This document shows positions 1-12,860 of a stretch of DNA of 64,000 nt, piece after piece. The stretch is from an uncultured Chloroflexia bacterium. Lineage in GTDB: Bacteria > Chloroflexota > Dehalococcoidia > DSTF01 > JALHUB01. The position numbers and the translations under genes are program-made. The notes beneath the pieces were generated by a model. The model saw only the letters and a program-made list of their open reading frames with translations, did not search any database and was not told the DNA's origin. Within the stretch, counting starts at the first letter, position 1, and every line of letters begins with the position of its first letter. The stretch covers positions 150,240 to 214,239 of the forward strand of contig CAVSBT010000017.1 in assembly GCA_963726245.1 (NCBI GenBank), in the 5' to 3' direction.

Positions 1-102
1 CATCTTCTCGATAAGGTGCTGGCTGAGGCGGCCGCCGCCGCCGTGGGCCAGGAGCACCCGCGGGTACTCGCTGAGGGGTATCGGGCAGGTGAACTCGGTC
101 AT
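1..102 (-). CDS. hypE: Hydrogenase maturation protein HypE, N-terminal part (runs off window)
   Basis: Manual translation [34 protein letters not shown] has the HypE LAHGGGG motif; start overlaps hypD stop (ATGA). Confidence 0.9.
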   Translation of the reverse strand, partial: MTEFTCPIPLSEYPRVLLAHGGGGRLSQHLIEKM

Positions 103-1199
103 CGCCTCACCGCCTCCTGCCGCCGGTAGGCGTAGTAGGCGGCGCAGGCGCCTTCGGCGGAGACCATGGGCGCCCCCAGCGGGCGCTCGGGGGTGCAGTC
201 CGTGCCGAAGGCCGGGCACTCGGGCGGCTTCTTCACCCCCTGGAGGACGAGGCCGCTGATGCAGACCTCCGCCTCCTGGCAGGTCATGTCCTGGAGGCCG
301 AAGACGCGGGCGGCGTCGAAGCGGGCGTAGGCCTCGCGCAGGCGCAGGCCGCTGCGGGGGATGAGGCCGATGCCCCGCCACTTGTGGTCCATCACCTCGA
401 AGATCTCCGCCATGATGGCCTGGGCCTGGCGGTTGCCCTCCCGCCGCACCGAGCGCGCGTACTGGTTCTCCACCTCGTGGCGGCCCTCCTCGAGCTGTGT
501 GAGGAGCATGAGGATGCCCTGGAGGAGGTCCAGGGGCTCGAAGCCGGTGACCACGATGGGCACCCGGCGCTCGCGGGCGATGGGCTCGTACTCGCAGTAG
601 CCGGTGACGGTGCAGACGTGGCCGGGGGCCAGGAAGCCCTGCACCTGGTTGTCGGGCGAGGCGGCGATCAGCTCCACGGCCGGCGGCACCAGCACGTGGG
701 AGGTGAGGACGAAGAAGTTGTCCAGGCCCTGGCGGTGGGCCAGCCAGACGGCCATGGCGTTGGCGGGGGCCGTCGTCTCGAAGCCGATGGCGAAGAAGAT
801 GACCTTTCGCTCCGGGTTCTGGCGGGCCAGCTTGACGGCGTCCAGCGGCGAATAGACCATGCGCACGTCGCCGCCCTCCGCCTTCACGCTCAGGAGGTCC
901 TTCTCGCTGCCGGGGACGCGCAGCATGTCGCCGTAGGAGACGAAGATGACGTCCGGGCGGCCCGCCAGCGCCACCGCCTGGTCGATGGCCTCCACGGGGG
1001 TGACGCAGACGGGACAGCCGGGCCCGTGCACGAGGGTGACCGCCTCCGGCAGCATCTGGTCGATGCCGTAGCGGAGGAGGGTGTGGGTCTGGCTGCCGCA
1101 GACCTCCATGATGACCCAGGGACGGGTCACCACCGCCTCGATCCGGCGCAGCAGCCTCTTGGCCGCCGGGGCGTCGCGGTACTCGTCCAGGTACTTCAC
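99..1199 (-). CDS. hypD: Hydrogenase maturation protein HypD
   Basis: [27 protein letters not shown] and C-terminal [29 protein letters not shown] motifs. Confidence 0.97.
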   Translation of the reverse strand: MKYLDEYRDAPAAKRLLRRIEAVVTRPWVIMEVCGSQTHTLLRYGIDQMLPEAVTLVHGPGCPVCVTPVEAIDQAVALAGRPDVIFVSYGDMLRVPGSEKDLLSVKAEGGDVRMVYSPLDAVKLARQNPERKVIFFAIGFETTAPANAMAVWLAHRQGLDNFFVLTSHVLVPPAVELIAASPDNQVQGFLAPGHVCTVTGYCEYEPIARERRVPIVVTGFEPLDLLQGILMLLTQLEEGRHEVENQYARSVRREGNRQAQAIMAEIFEVMDHKWRGIGLIPRSGLRLREAYARFDAARVFGLQDMTCQEAEVCISGLVLQGVKKPPECPAFGTDCTPERPLGAPMVSAEGACAAYYAYRRQEAVRR

Positions 1200-1432
1200 A
1201 GGGCCGCCTCTTCCATCTCTTGCAGGAGGCGGAACACGGACTGCGCCTCCTCGGCATCGATGACGCTGATGGCGAAGCCGGCGTGGACTATCACGTACTC
1301 GCCCACCTGGGCCTCCGGCACCAGGTTCAGGTTCGCCTCGCGGACCACGCCGCCGAAGCGCACCCGGGCCTGGCGCAGGCCCTGGGCGTCCTCTTCAATC
1401 GACAGGATTTCGCCGGGGATACCAAGGCACAT
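1196..1432 (-). CDS. hypC: Hydrogenase chaperone HypC
   Basis: MCLGIPG start, VIVHAGFA motif, 78 aa. Confidence 0.97.
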   Translation of the reverse strand: MCLGIPGEILSIEEDAQGLRQARVRFGGVVREANLNLVPEAQVGEYVIVHAGFAISVIDAEEAQSVFRLLQEMEEAAL

Positions 1433-1433
1433 C

Positions 1434-3698
<2,265 letters not shown>

Positions 3699-3699
3699 G

Positions 3700-4074
3700 C
3701 TAGCGCTCCAGCTCCAGGTGGCGGATCAGGCAGCCCGTATCGCCCTCGACCTGCACGCGGGCGGAGCCGCAGTGGGGGCAGCGGGCCAGCAAGTAATGGG
3801 CATCCAGCTCATGGTCGTCCGAAGGCTCGAACGAAGAATGGCGCCGGCAGTCGGCGCAGAACAGCGAGGCGGCGGCCCTCACGGCGCGGACGGTGGCGTC
3901 CTTTCCCAGGCCTTCCCCGAGGGACTCCTTCACCCAGAAGGCGATGTTGTCGACGCTGCCGTGCACCAGGCCGCCGACCTCGATGTCGACGGCGACGATG
4001 CGCCGGGCGCCCTCGCGCTCCGCCTCGGCCTTCAGCCGCTTGGCGATCTCCTGGGCCAGGCTGAACTCATGCAT
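3700..4074 (-). CDS. hypA: Hydrogenase maturation nickel metallochaperone HypA
   Basis: MHEFSLA N-terminus, CADC and CPHC zinc motifs. Confidence 0.93.
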   Translation of the reverse strand: MHEFSLAQEIAKRLKAEAEREGARRIVAVDIEVGGLVHGSVDNIAFWVKESLGEGLGKDATVRAVRAAASLFCADCRRHSSFEPSDDHELDAHYLLARCPHCGSARVQVEGDTGCLIRHLELER

Positions 4075-4200
4075 GGCGGTGCTCCAGCAGCAGTCCTCCC
4101 ACCCGGCGACGAGGGCAGGCAGCTACACCTCAAGCTGGGGCAAGAGCCCTAACGCAGTAGTATAAGCGGTTCTTGGGCAATAAGCGCCCAGAGCCTCGGG

Positions 4201-5916
4201 CTATCCGCCGCCGGGCGCAGGAGTGGTGCGGGCGCGGACCTCGGCAGCGGCGCCGCTCCAGGGGGCAGAGGGTGGCCTCTTTGTCCCGCCGGCCCTTGAG
4301 CTCGGCGGAGGCCTTCTCCAGGGTGCGCGGGCTGACGGTGATGCGCAGGGGCATGCCCAGGAGGTCGGCGTCGTTGAACTTGACGCCGGGCGACTCCTCG
4401 CGGTCGTCGTAGAGCACGTCGACGCCGGCGGCCTGGAGGTCGGCGTAGAGGCGGTCGGCGGCCTCGGCGACGCCGGGGCGGTCGGTGTTCAGGGACACCA
4501 GGTGGGCGTCGAAGGGGGCCAGCGAGGCGGGCCAGATGATGCCCTTCTCGTCGTGGTTGGCCTCGACGACGGCGGCCAGCAGGCGCTCCAGCCCGATGCC
4601 GTAGCAGCCCATGACGGCGGGGCGGGCTACGCCCTGGCTGTCCAGGAAGGTGGCGCCGAGCTTCTCGCTGTAGACGGTGCCCAGCTTGAAGACGTGGCCC
4701 ATCTCGATGCCCCGGTCGCGGCGCAGCTTCGAGCCGCAGGAGGGGCAGGGGTCGCCGTCGCGGGCCAGGGCGATGTCCGTCACCAGGTCGGCCGACCAGT
4801 CGCGGCCGTAGTTGACGTTGCGCAGGTGGGCGTCCGGCTTGTTGGCGCCGGCCACCAGGTTGGGCGACCCCGGCGCCGAGTCGTCGGCCACGATGCGCAC
4901 GTTCTTGAGGCCCATCGGCGACGCGTAGCCGGCCACCAGGCCCGCCGCCTCCAGCTCGCGGTCGTCCATGAGGCGCAGCTCGTCGACGCCCAGGGCGTCG
5001 CGCAGCTTGGTCTCGTTGACGTCCAGGTCGCCGCGGATGGCCACGAAGACCGGCTGGCCGCCGGCGGAGTAGAAGACGGCCTTGCAGCGTCTTCCAGGGC
5101 GGGATGCTCAGGAAGTTGGCCAGGTCTTCGATGGTCTTGATGCCCGGCGTGGAGACTTCCTCGACCGGCAGGGGCTCTTCGGGCTCGGGCTGGCGCTTGC
5201 GGATCTCCGCCTTCTCCGTGTTGGCGGCGTAGCCGCAGCTCTCGCAGAGCACCACCTCGTCCTCGCCGACGTCGCAGAGGTACATGAACTCCTGGTTGTC
5301 GCGGCCGCCGATGGCCCCCGAGTCGGCCTGGACGGCGACGGTCGGCACGCCGCAGCGGTCGAAGATGTTCTTGTAGGCCTGGAGCATCTTCTGGTAGCTC
5401 ACGTCCAGGCCCTCCCAGTCGACGTCGAAGCTGTAGAGGTCCTTCATCGTGAACTCGCGCAGGCGGATGAGGCCGCCGCGGGGGCGCGGCTCGTCGCGGA
5501 ACTTGGTCTGGATCTGGTAGATCATGACGGGCAGGTCGCGGTAGCTCTGGACGTGGCGCTTGAAGAGCTCCACGGTGATCTCCTCGTGGGTGGGGCCGAG
5601 CGCCAGGTAGCGGTCGCGGCGGTCCTTGAGGACGAACAGGTTGTCGCCGAAGGCCTCGTCGCCTGCCGGAGGCCTCCCAGATCTCGATGGGCTGGAGGGC
5701 GGGCATCATGAGCTCCTGGCCGCCGGCGGCGTCCATCTCCTCGCGGATGATCTGCTCGATCTTGCGCAGGACGCGCCAGCCCAGCGGCAGGTAGCTGTAG
5801 ATGCCGGCCGCCAACTGCTGGACGAGGCCGGCCCGCAGGAGGAGGTGGTGGTTGGCGGTGTCGGCCTCCGCCGGGGCCTGGCGCAGCGTCTTGCCGAAGA
5901 GGCTTGAGAGGCGCAT
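4201..5916 (-). CDS. proS: Proline--tRNA ligase with INS editing domain (apparent frameshifts; 3' end approximate)
   Basis: [77 protein letters not shown] across three frames. Confidence 0.95.
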
Positions 5917-6105
5917 AGATAGCTCCTGGGCCCTGCTAAGAGGGCCCTCAGCAGCAGGATAGGGCAGGCGTTAGGGGGGGTCAAGCTAGAGTGCCTGCGG
6001 CGCCTGGTTCACGAGCCACGGCGGAGTATCCAGCCTACGGGGCCAGGCATGGACAGCACAGGGCTGACGGGCGAACGGCTCGCGACACGACCCGGTGCAG
6101 ACCAT

Positions 6106-6133
6106 TTGCGAACAGACAGAGTGGGTGTAAAAT
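6106..6133 (+). promoter_or_regulatory. Putative sigma70-type promoter for the cyclase array
   Basis: TTGCGA-16 nt-TAAAAT ending 9 nt before the ATG at 6143 (leaderless or very short leader). Confidence 0.4.
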
Positions 6134-6142
6134 AGCGCCGTC

Positions 6143-7486
6143 ATGGAGCCACGCATCCAGTACGCCAGGACCACTGACGGGGTGAGCATCGCCTTCTGGA
6201 CGCTGGGGCAAGGGCCACCCGTCGTGCAGATGGGGCTTCCGTTCAGCCATATCCAGTTGGAGTGGCAGGACCCCGGGTGGCGCCGCTGGTACGAGCGGCT
6301 GGCGGAGAGGCGGAAGCTGGTCCGCTACGACGGGAGGGGGTCGGGCCTTTCGGACCGCAACGTGGCCGACTACTCCCTGGACGCCCATATGCGGGACCTC
6401 CAGGCGGTGGTGGAACGCCTGGGCGTGCAGAGATTCGCTCTAGTCAGCCCTCACATGGCATGCGTGGTCGCCGTCGCCTGCGCGGCCCGCTACCCGGAGG
6501 CCGTATCGCACCTCGTGCTGTGGTGCGCCTGGGGACTAGGCCCCCGAGGCCGCGCACAGGTATTCGGGACGCTGAGAGAGGGGGACTGGGAGCTATACAC
6601 GGAGGCATTGGCGCATGCCGGGTTGGGATGGTCGGCGGGTGAGGAAGCGCACCGCATAGCTGCCTTCATGCGGGAATGCGTGACGGCAGAAGCGGCACGC
6701 GCCATCTTCAGCGCGCTTGCGCGGTTTGATGTCGCGGCCGTCCTTTCGCAAGTGACGTCGCCCACCTTGATACTCCAGCGTCGCCAGGTCGCGGCGCTTC
6801 CCGGCGTGGAGATCGCCAAGGATCTTGCCTCCGGAATTCCGGACGCCCGCCTGGCCCTCCTGGAGGGGGCGTCGCTCTTGCCGTGGGTAGGCGACATGGA
6901 GGCGGTGCTGGCGGCCATCGACGAGTTCCTGGGGGATACCGAGCCGGCCCCAGCGGGAGCCGAACAGCACGCGGCAGGCGCTTTTCGCACCGTCCTGTTC
7001 ACCGACGTGGAGGGGTCTACAAGCCTAACCCAGCGGCTCGGCGACGCGAAGGCGCGGGAGCTGTTGCGTGAGCATGGGCGCATCGTACGCGAGGCGCTGC
7101 GGGCCCACGGCGGCTTCGAGGTGAAGACCATGGGCGACGGCTTCATGGCCTGCTTCACCTCCGCGACGCGGGCGCTGGAGTGCGCCATCGCCATGCAGCG
7201 GGCGTTTGCCGAGCACAACGAGCCGGCGGCGGAGCCGATAAGGGTGCGTGTGGGGCTGAACGCCGGCGAGCCGATTGAGGAGGAGAAAGACCTGTTCGGG
7301 ACGGCGGTGATCCTGGCGGCGCGCATTGCGGCCCGGGCAGAGGGCGGTGAGATCCTGGCCTCGGACGTGGTGCGGCAGCTCGTGGCGGGCAAGGGCTTCC
7401 TCTTCTCCGATCGCGGCGATGTAGCCCTGCGCGGCTTCGAGGACCCGGTGCGGCTGTACGAGGTGCGCTGGGGGGAGGAGGGGTGA
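6143..7486 (+). CDS. Alpha/beta-hydrolase-fold + class III nucleotidyl cyclase fusion (LipJ/Rv1900c-like architecture), copy 1
   Basis: N-terminal YDGRGSGLS hydrolase fold; C-terminal LFTDVEGST, VKTMGDG, DLFGTAVILAAR, LRGF cyclase motifs. Confidence 0.92.
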   Translation: MEPRIQYARTTDGVSIAFWTLGQGPPVVQMGLPFSHIQLEWQDPGWRRWYERLAERRKLVRYDGRGSGLSDRNVADYSLDAHMRDLQAVVERLGVQRFALVSPHMACVVAVACAARYPEAVSHLVLWCAWGLGPRGRAQVFGTLREGDWELYTEALAHAGLGWSAGEEAHRIAAFMRECVTAEAARAIFSALARFDVAAVLSQVTSPTLILQRRQVAALPGVEIAKDLASGIPDARLALLEGASLLPWVGDMEAVLAAIDEFLGDTEPAPAGAEQHAAGAFRTVLFTDVEGSTSLTQRLGDAKARELLREHGRIVREALRAHGGFEVKTMGDGFMACFTSATRALECAIAMQRAFAEHNEPAAEPIRVRVGLNAGEPIEEEKDLFGTAVILAARIAARAEGGEILASDVVRQLVAGKGFLFSDRGDVALRGFEDPVRLYEVRWGEEG

Positions 7487-8875
7487 TGGAACAGCACATA
7501 CGCTTCTGCACCAGCTCGGATGGGACGCGCATAGCCTACGCCACCGTGGGCCAGGGGTGGCCGGTGATCAGCATCCGCCCGTGGTTCACCCATTTAGAGT
7601 TCGAGTGGGAGAACTCGATGTGGCGGTCTTCCATCGAACGCCTGTCCGCACGTCATCTCCTGATTCGCCACGACGCGCGCGGCATGGGGCTATCCGACCA
7701 CCAGGTGAGCGACTATTCCCCCGAAGCCCAGGTGCGCGACCTGGAAGCGGTGGTTGACGCCCTGGGCCTTGAACGCTTTGCCCTATACGGCATCTCCCAG
7801 GGCGGGGCAACGTGCATCACTTACGCCGTGCGCTACCCCGAGCGCGTTAGCCACCTGATACTCCAGGGCTCGTTCGCCCGCATGGGGTGGTTTATTGACA
7901 CAGAGGAGGGGCAGCAACGCTTCCAGACTGCCCTGAGCCTGATGCCGCAAGGATGGGGTTCGGATCTGCCTGCGTACCGGCAGTTCTTCACCAGCCTGTT
8001 CATGCCGGACGCGGACGCGGAGGCGATACGGCAGTTCAATGAGATGCAACGGATCTCCGCTTCGCCCGAGAATGCCGCTGCCGTGCTCTCAGCAATACGA
8101 GACACTGATGTGAGTGAGCTCCTATCGCAGGTGAGAGCGCCCACACTCGTGGTCCACTGTCGGGGGGACGCCATCGTGCCGTTTGAGGCGGGCCGGGAGC
8201 TCGCAGCCGGTATTTCGGGTGCCCGTTTCCTCCCTCTGGACAGCAAGAATCACGCTCTGCAGCCGCACGAGTCGGCAGCAGAGGCCTTAGGAAGAGCGGT
8301 GAACGAGTTCCTGGGCGAGGGCGAAGAGGTCGCCGCGGCGAGAGCCGAGTCGGCGGCGGCAGGCGCCTTCCGCACCGTCCTGTTCACGGACGTGGAGGGG
8401 TCGACGGCGCTGACCCAGCGGCTGGGGGACGCCAAGGCGCGCGAGGTGCTGCGAAACCACGAGCGCATCGTGCGGGAGGCGCTGCGGGCCCACGGCGGCT
8501 CCGAGGTGAAGACGCATGGGCGACGGCTTCATGGCCTCGCTTCTCCTCCGCGACGCGGGCGCTGGAGTGCGCCATCGCCATGCAGCGGGCCTTCGCCGAG
8601 CACAACGAGGCGGCGGAGCGAGCCCATGAGGGTGCGCATCGGGCTGAACGCCGGCGAGCCGATAGCGGAGGACGAGGACCTGTTCGGCACGGCGGTGAAC
8701 CTGGCGGCGCGCATCGCGGCCCGGGCAGAGGGTGGGGAGATCCTGGCCTCGGACGTGGTGAGGCAACTAGTGGCGGGCAAGGGCTTCCTGTTCTCCGACC
8801 GCGGCGATGTGGCGCTGCGGGGCTTCGAGGACCCGGTGCGGCTATACGAGCGTGCGGTGGCAGGAGGAGGGCTGA
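7486..8875 (+). CDS. Alpha/beta hydrolase-adenylate cyclase fusion, copy 2 (apparent indels; fused to copy 3 in the ORF track)
   Basis: GISQG nucleophile elbow, KNH; FTDVEGST and DLFGTAVNLAAR; restored end YEVRWQEEG-TGA at 8873-8875. Confidence 0.88.
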
Positions 8876-10251
8876 TGGAACAGCAGATCCGTTTCTGTAC
8901 CACATCCGACGGCGTTCGCATCGCCTACGCCACCGTGGGGCAGGGGCCACCCCTGGTCCGCGTCCTCGGCTGGTTCACCCACCTGGAGTTTGAATGGGAG
9001 AATCCTATCTGGCGGGGTTTCATCGATGGTCTATCCCGCCGTCTTTTCCTGGTTCGCTACGATGGCCGGGGCATGGGCCTGTCCGATCGTGACGTAAAGG
9101 ACTATTCCCTGGAGACCCATGTGCGTGACCTAGAAGCAGTGGTTGACGCCGTTGGTTTTGAGAAGGTCGCCATGTTAGGCTTCTCTCAGGGCGGGCCGGC
9201 AGCCATTGCTTACGCGGTACGCCATCCTGCGCGCGTCAGCCACCTCATACTCTATGGCTCGTTCGCTCGCCAGCGGGCCCTCGACACGGAGGAAGGCCGT
9301 CAACAGGCTGTGGCCATGGGGACGCTAATCCGCCAGGGGTGGGGCAGTGACTCGCCAGCGTACCGCCAGTTCTTCACGGGCGTGTTCATGCCCGATGCCG
9401 ACAGCGACACTATTCGAGGCTTCAACGAACTCCAGCGGGTCTCCGCCTCCGCCGACGATGTTGTGGCGCTTGCGGCTGCCGACCTGCGGATAGACGTCCG
9501 GGAACTCCTCCCGCAGGTAGCGCCACCCACATTGGTAATTCACCGTCGTGGTGATACAGCTACCCCATTTGAGCTGGGTCGAGAGCTTGCCGCCGGCATC
9601 CCCGGGGCCCGCTTCCTCCCCTTGGACGGCAGGAACCACGCCTTCTTCGTGCCCAACGATCCTGTGAAGGAGACCATCTACAAGGCTATCGAAGAGTTCG
9701 TTGGCGTGGGTGGCGAGGCTGAGGCGGTAGCTGCTCCCTGGGGTCTCTGCACTATCCTCTTCACGGACGTGGAGGGGTCGACGGCGCTGACCGAACGGCT
9801 GGGGGACGCGAAGGCGCGGGAGGTGCTGCGGAAGCACGAGCGCATCGTGCGGGAGGCGCTGCAGGCCCACGGCGGCGCGGAGGTGAAGGCGATGGGGGAC
9901 GGGTTCATGGCCTCGTTCTCCTCGGCGACGCGGGCGCTGGAGTGCGCCATCGCCATGCAGCGGGCCTTCGCCGCAGCACAACGAGTCGGCCGCGACGAGC
10001 CCATAAGCGTGCGCATCGGGCTCAACGCCGGCGAGCCGATAGCGGAGGACGAGGACCTGTTCGGGACGGCGGTGAACCTGGCGGCTCGCATCGCGGCGAG
10101 GCGGAGGGCGGCGAGATACTGGCCTCGGACGTCGTGCGGCAACTGGTGGCGGGCAAGGGGTTCCTGTTCTCGGACCGCGGCGATGTGGTGCTGCGCGGGC
10201 TTCGAGGACCCGGTGCGGCTGTACGAGGTGCGCTGGGGGGAGGAGGGGTGA
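8875..10251 (+). CDS. Alpha/beta hydrolase-adenylate cyclase fusion, copy 3
   Basis: ATG overlaps copy 2 stop (TGATG) with GGAGGAGG upstream; GFSQG, RNH; FTDVEGST, VKAMGDG, AVNLAAR. Confidence 0.88.
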   Translation: MEQQIRFCTTSDGVRIAYATVGQGPPLVRVLGWFTHLEFEWENPIWRGFIDGLSRRLFLVRYDGRGMGLSDRDVKDYSLETHVRDLEAVVDAVGFEKVAMLGFSQGGPAAIAYAVRHPARVSHLILYGSFARQRALDTEEGRQQAVAMGTLIRQGWGSDSPAYRQFFTGVFMPDADSDTIRGFNELQRVSASADDVVALAAADLRIDVRELLPQVAPPTLVIHRRGDTATPFELGRELAAGIPGARFLPLDGRNHAFFVPNDPVKETIYKAIEEFVGVGGEAEAVAAPWGLCTILFTDVEGSTALTERLGDAKAREVLRKHERIVREALQAHGGAEVKAMGDGFMASFSSATRALECAIAMQRAFAAAQRVGRDEPISVRIGLNAGEPIAEDEDLFGTAVNLAARIAARRRAARYWPRTSCGNWWRARGSCSRTAAMWCCAGFEDPVRLYEVRWGEEG

Positions 10252-11599
10252 TGGAGCCGCGCATCCAGTACGCCAAGACCGCCGACGGCGTGAGCATCGC
10301 CTTCTGGACGCTGGGGCAAGGCGTGCCCTTCGTGCAATGCCAAATCTTCCCTGGAGCCATATCCAACTGGAGTGGCAGAATCCCGGGTGGCGCCGCTGGT
10401 ACGAGCGGCTGGCGGAGAAGAGGAAGCTGGTCCGCTACGATGGGAGGGGGACGGGCCTTTCGGACCGCAACGTGGCCGACTACTCCGTCGATGCCCATAT
10501 GCTGGACCTGCAGGCGGTGGTGGAACGCCTGGGCGTGCAGAGATTCGTTCTGTGTCGGCTTTGTCAACGCAGCGCCGGTCGCCATCGCCTACGCGGCCCG
10601 CCACCCGGAGGCCGTATCGCAGCTTGTGCTGTGGTGCCCCTGGTGGTGCGGCACGCGCAGCCCGTCGAGCGCACATTGCGCTGAGCAATGGCAGGGGGAC
10701 TGGGAGCTATTCACGGAGGCAGTGGCGCATGCCGCGTTCGGGTGGTCGGCGGGTGAGGAAGCGCACCGCTTCGCTGCCTACATGCGGGAATGCGCCACGC
10801 CAGAGGCGGCACGCGCCATCTTTCGCGCGCTTGCAGAGTTTGATGTCGCGGCCGTGCTTCCGCAAGTGAGGTCGCCTACCTTGATACTGCAGCGTCGCCA
10901 GGCCACGGGGATTCCCGCTCTGGAGATCGCGAAGGCTCTTGCCTCCGGAATACCGGATGCCCGCCTCGCCCTCCTGGAGGGGGCGTCGCTCGCGCCGTGG
11001 GTGGGCGACATGGAGGCGGTGCTGGCGGCCATCGACGAGTTCCTGGGCGAGTGGCGAGCCCGCCCCAGCCGGAGCCGAGGCGCCCGCGGCGGGCGGTCTC
11101 TGCACCATCCTCTTCACGGACGTGGAGGGGTCGACGGCGCTGACCAACGGCTGGGGGACGCGAAGGCGCGCGAGGTGCTGCGAAACCACGAGCGCATCGT
11201 GCGGGAGGCGCTGCGGGCCCACGGCGGCGCGGAGGTGAAGGCGATGGGGGACGGGTTCATGGCGTCGTTCTCCTCGGCGACGCGGGCGCTGGAGTGCGCC
11301 ATCGCCATGCAGCGGGCCTTCGCCGAGCACAACGAGTGCGGCGCGAGCGAGCGCCGATAAGCGTCCGCATCGGGCTGAACGCGGGCGAGCCGATAGCGGA
11401 GGACGAGGACCTGTTCGGGACGGCGGTGAACATGGCGGCGCGCATTGCGGCGCAGGCAGAGGGCGGTGGGATCCTGGCCTCGGACGTGGTGCGGCAACTG
11501 GTGGCGGGCAAGGGCTTCCTGTTCGCGGACCGCGGCGATGTGGCGCTGCGGGGCTTCGAGGACCCGGTGCGGCTGTACGAGGTGCGCTGGGAGGCGTAG
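10251..11599 (+). CDS. Alpha/beta-hydrolase-fold-adenylate cyclase fusion, copy 4 (apparent frameshifts)
   Basis: MEPRIQYAKT start closely matches copy 1; VKAMGDG, DLFGTAVNMAAR, ends YEVRWEA. Confidence 0.87.
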
Positions 11600-11629
11600 T
11601 GCCTCGCTGCCGGGCCAGCCGCATTCCCC

Positions 11630-12860
11630 TCACACCAGCAGGCTGATGGGGTTCTCCAGGAAGTTGCGAAGCTCGGCCAGGAAGCGGGCGCCCAGGGCGC
11701 CGTCGGTCACCCGGTGATCGGCGGAGAGCGCCACCTTCATCTGCTCCCTCACCACAATCTCCCCGTCGCGCACGGCGGGCACCTTCCGCACGACGCCCAC
11801 GCCCAGGATGGCCGTCTGCGGCGGCGGGATGATGGCGATAAGGGTCTCCACTCCGTACATGCCCAGGTTGCTGACGGTGAACGTGGCGCCGCTGTACTCC
11901 TCGGCCTTGAGGACGCCCGAGCGCGCGCGCTCCGCCAGGTCCCGGCTGGCGCGGGCGATGTCGGCCAGGCTCTTCCGGCCGCAGTCGAGGATGGCGGGCG
12001 CGATCAGGCCTTCGTCCAGTGCAATAGCGACGCCGATGTTCAGGGCCTCCTGTGGCTGGACCTGGCCGTCGACGAACCAGGAGTTGAAGATCGGGTGGCG
12101 TTGCAGAGCCTTGGCCACGGCCTTCACGATCACGTCGTTTACGCTGATGTGGACCTCGCCCTCGGCGGCGTCGTTGAGCTGCCGGCGCAGGCGCTCGGCC
12201 TCCGTCATGTCGATCTCCATGGTCAGGTAGTAGTGGGGGGCCTCGCGCTTGCTCTGTGTCATGCGCCGCGCGATGGCCTGGCGCATGCGGCTCATGGCCG
12301 GCGGCTGCAGCCGGCGCTGCGAGGGGAGCAGCGGCCGGGGGAGCAGCGGCCGGGGGAGCAGCCTCTGGCGCCTTCGCCGCCGCCTCGATGTCGCCGCGCA
12401 GGATGCGGCCGTCGGGGCCGGTCCCCCGCACGCGCGACAGGTCGACTCCCAGCTCCTCGGCCAGACGCCGCGCCGCCGGCGAGGCGTGGACGCGGCCGGC
12501 CTCGGGTGGCGGCGCCTCGGTGGGTGGACGCTTGGGCGCCGCCGGAGGTGGTGCCGCGGCTGCGGGGGCTGCCGCGCCCTCGCCCGCCTGCCCGGCGGGC
12601 AAGTACCGGGAGATGTCGTCCTCGGGGGCGGCGATGACGGCGATGACCTGGCCCACGGGCACGGTCGTCCCTTCGGCCAGCAGGATGCGGCGGAGCACGC
12701 CCGACTCGTACGCCTCGATCTCCACGTTCGCCTTGTCGGTCTCGATCTCAGCGATGATCTCGCCCCGCTCGACTGCGTCGCCCTCCTTCTTGAGCCAGCG
12801 CAGGATCGTGCCCTCCTGCATGTCGGCGCCCATCTGAGGCATCACCACTTCGCTGATCAT
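11630..12860 (-). CDS. pdhC: Pyruvate dehydrogenase E2, dihydrolipoamide acetyltransferase (frameshift near 12305)
   Basis: Lipoyl domain ETDKAN, E3-binding GTGPDGRI, catalytic DHRVTDG. Confidence 0.93.

Noticed and set aside
7483-10251. 922-aa four-domain fusion in the ORF track
   Set aside because: One extra base near 8851 reads through an end that otherwise matches the other copies (RWxEEG-TGATG); it is two genes.
12323-12362. 15-bp tandem repeat GGGGAGCAGCGGCCG
   Set aside because: Encodes the Ala/Pro linker of PDH E2.
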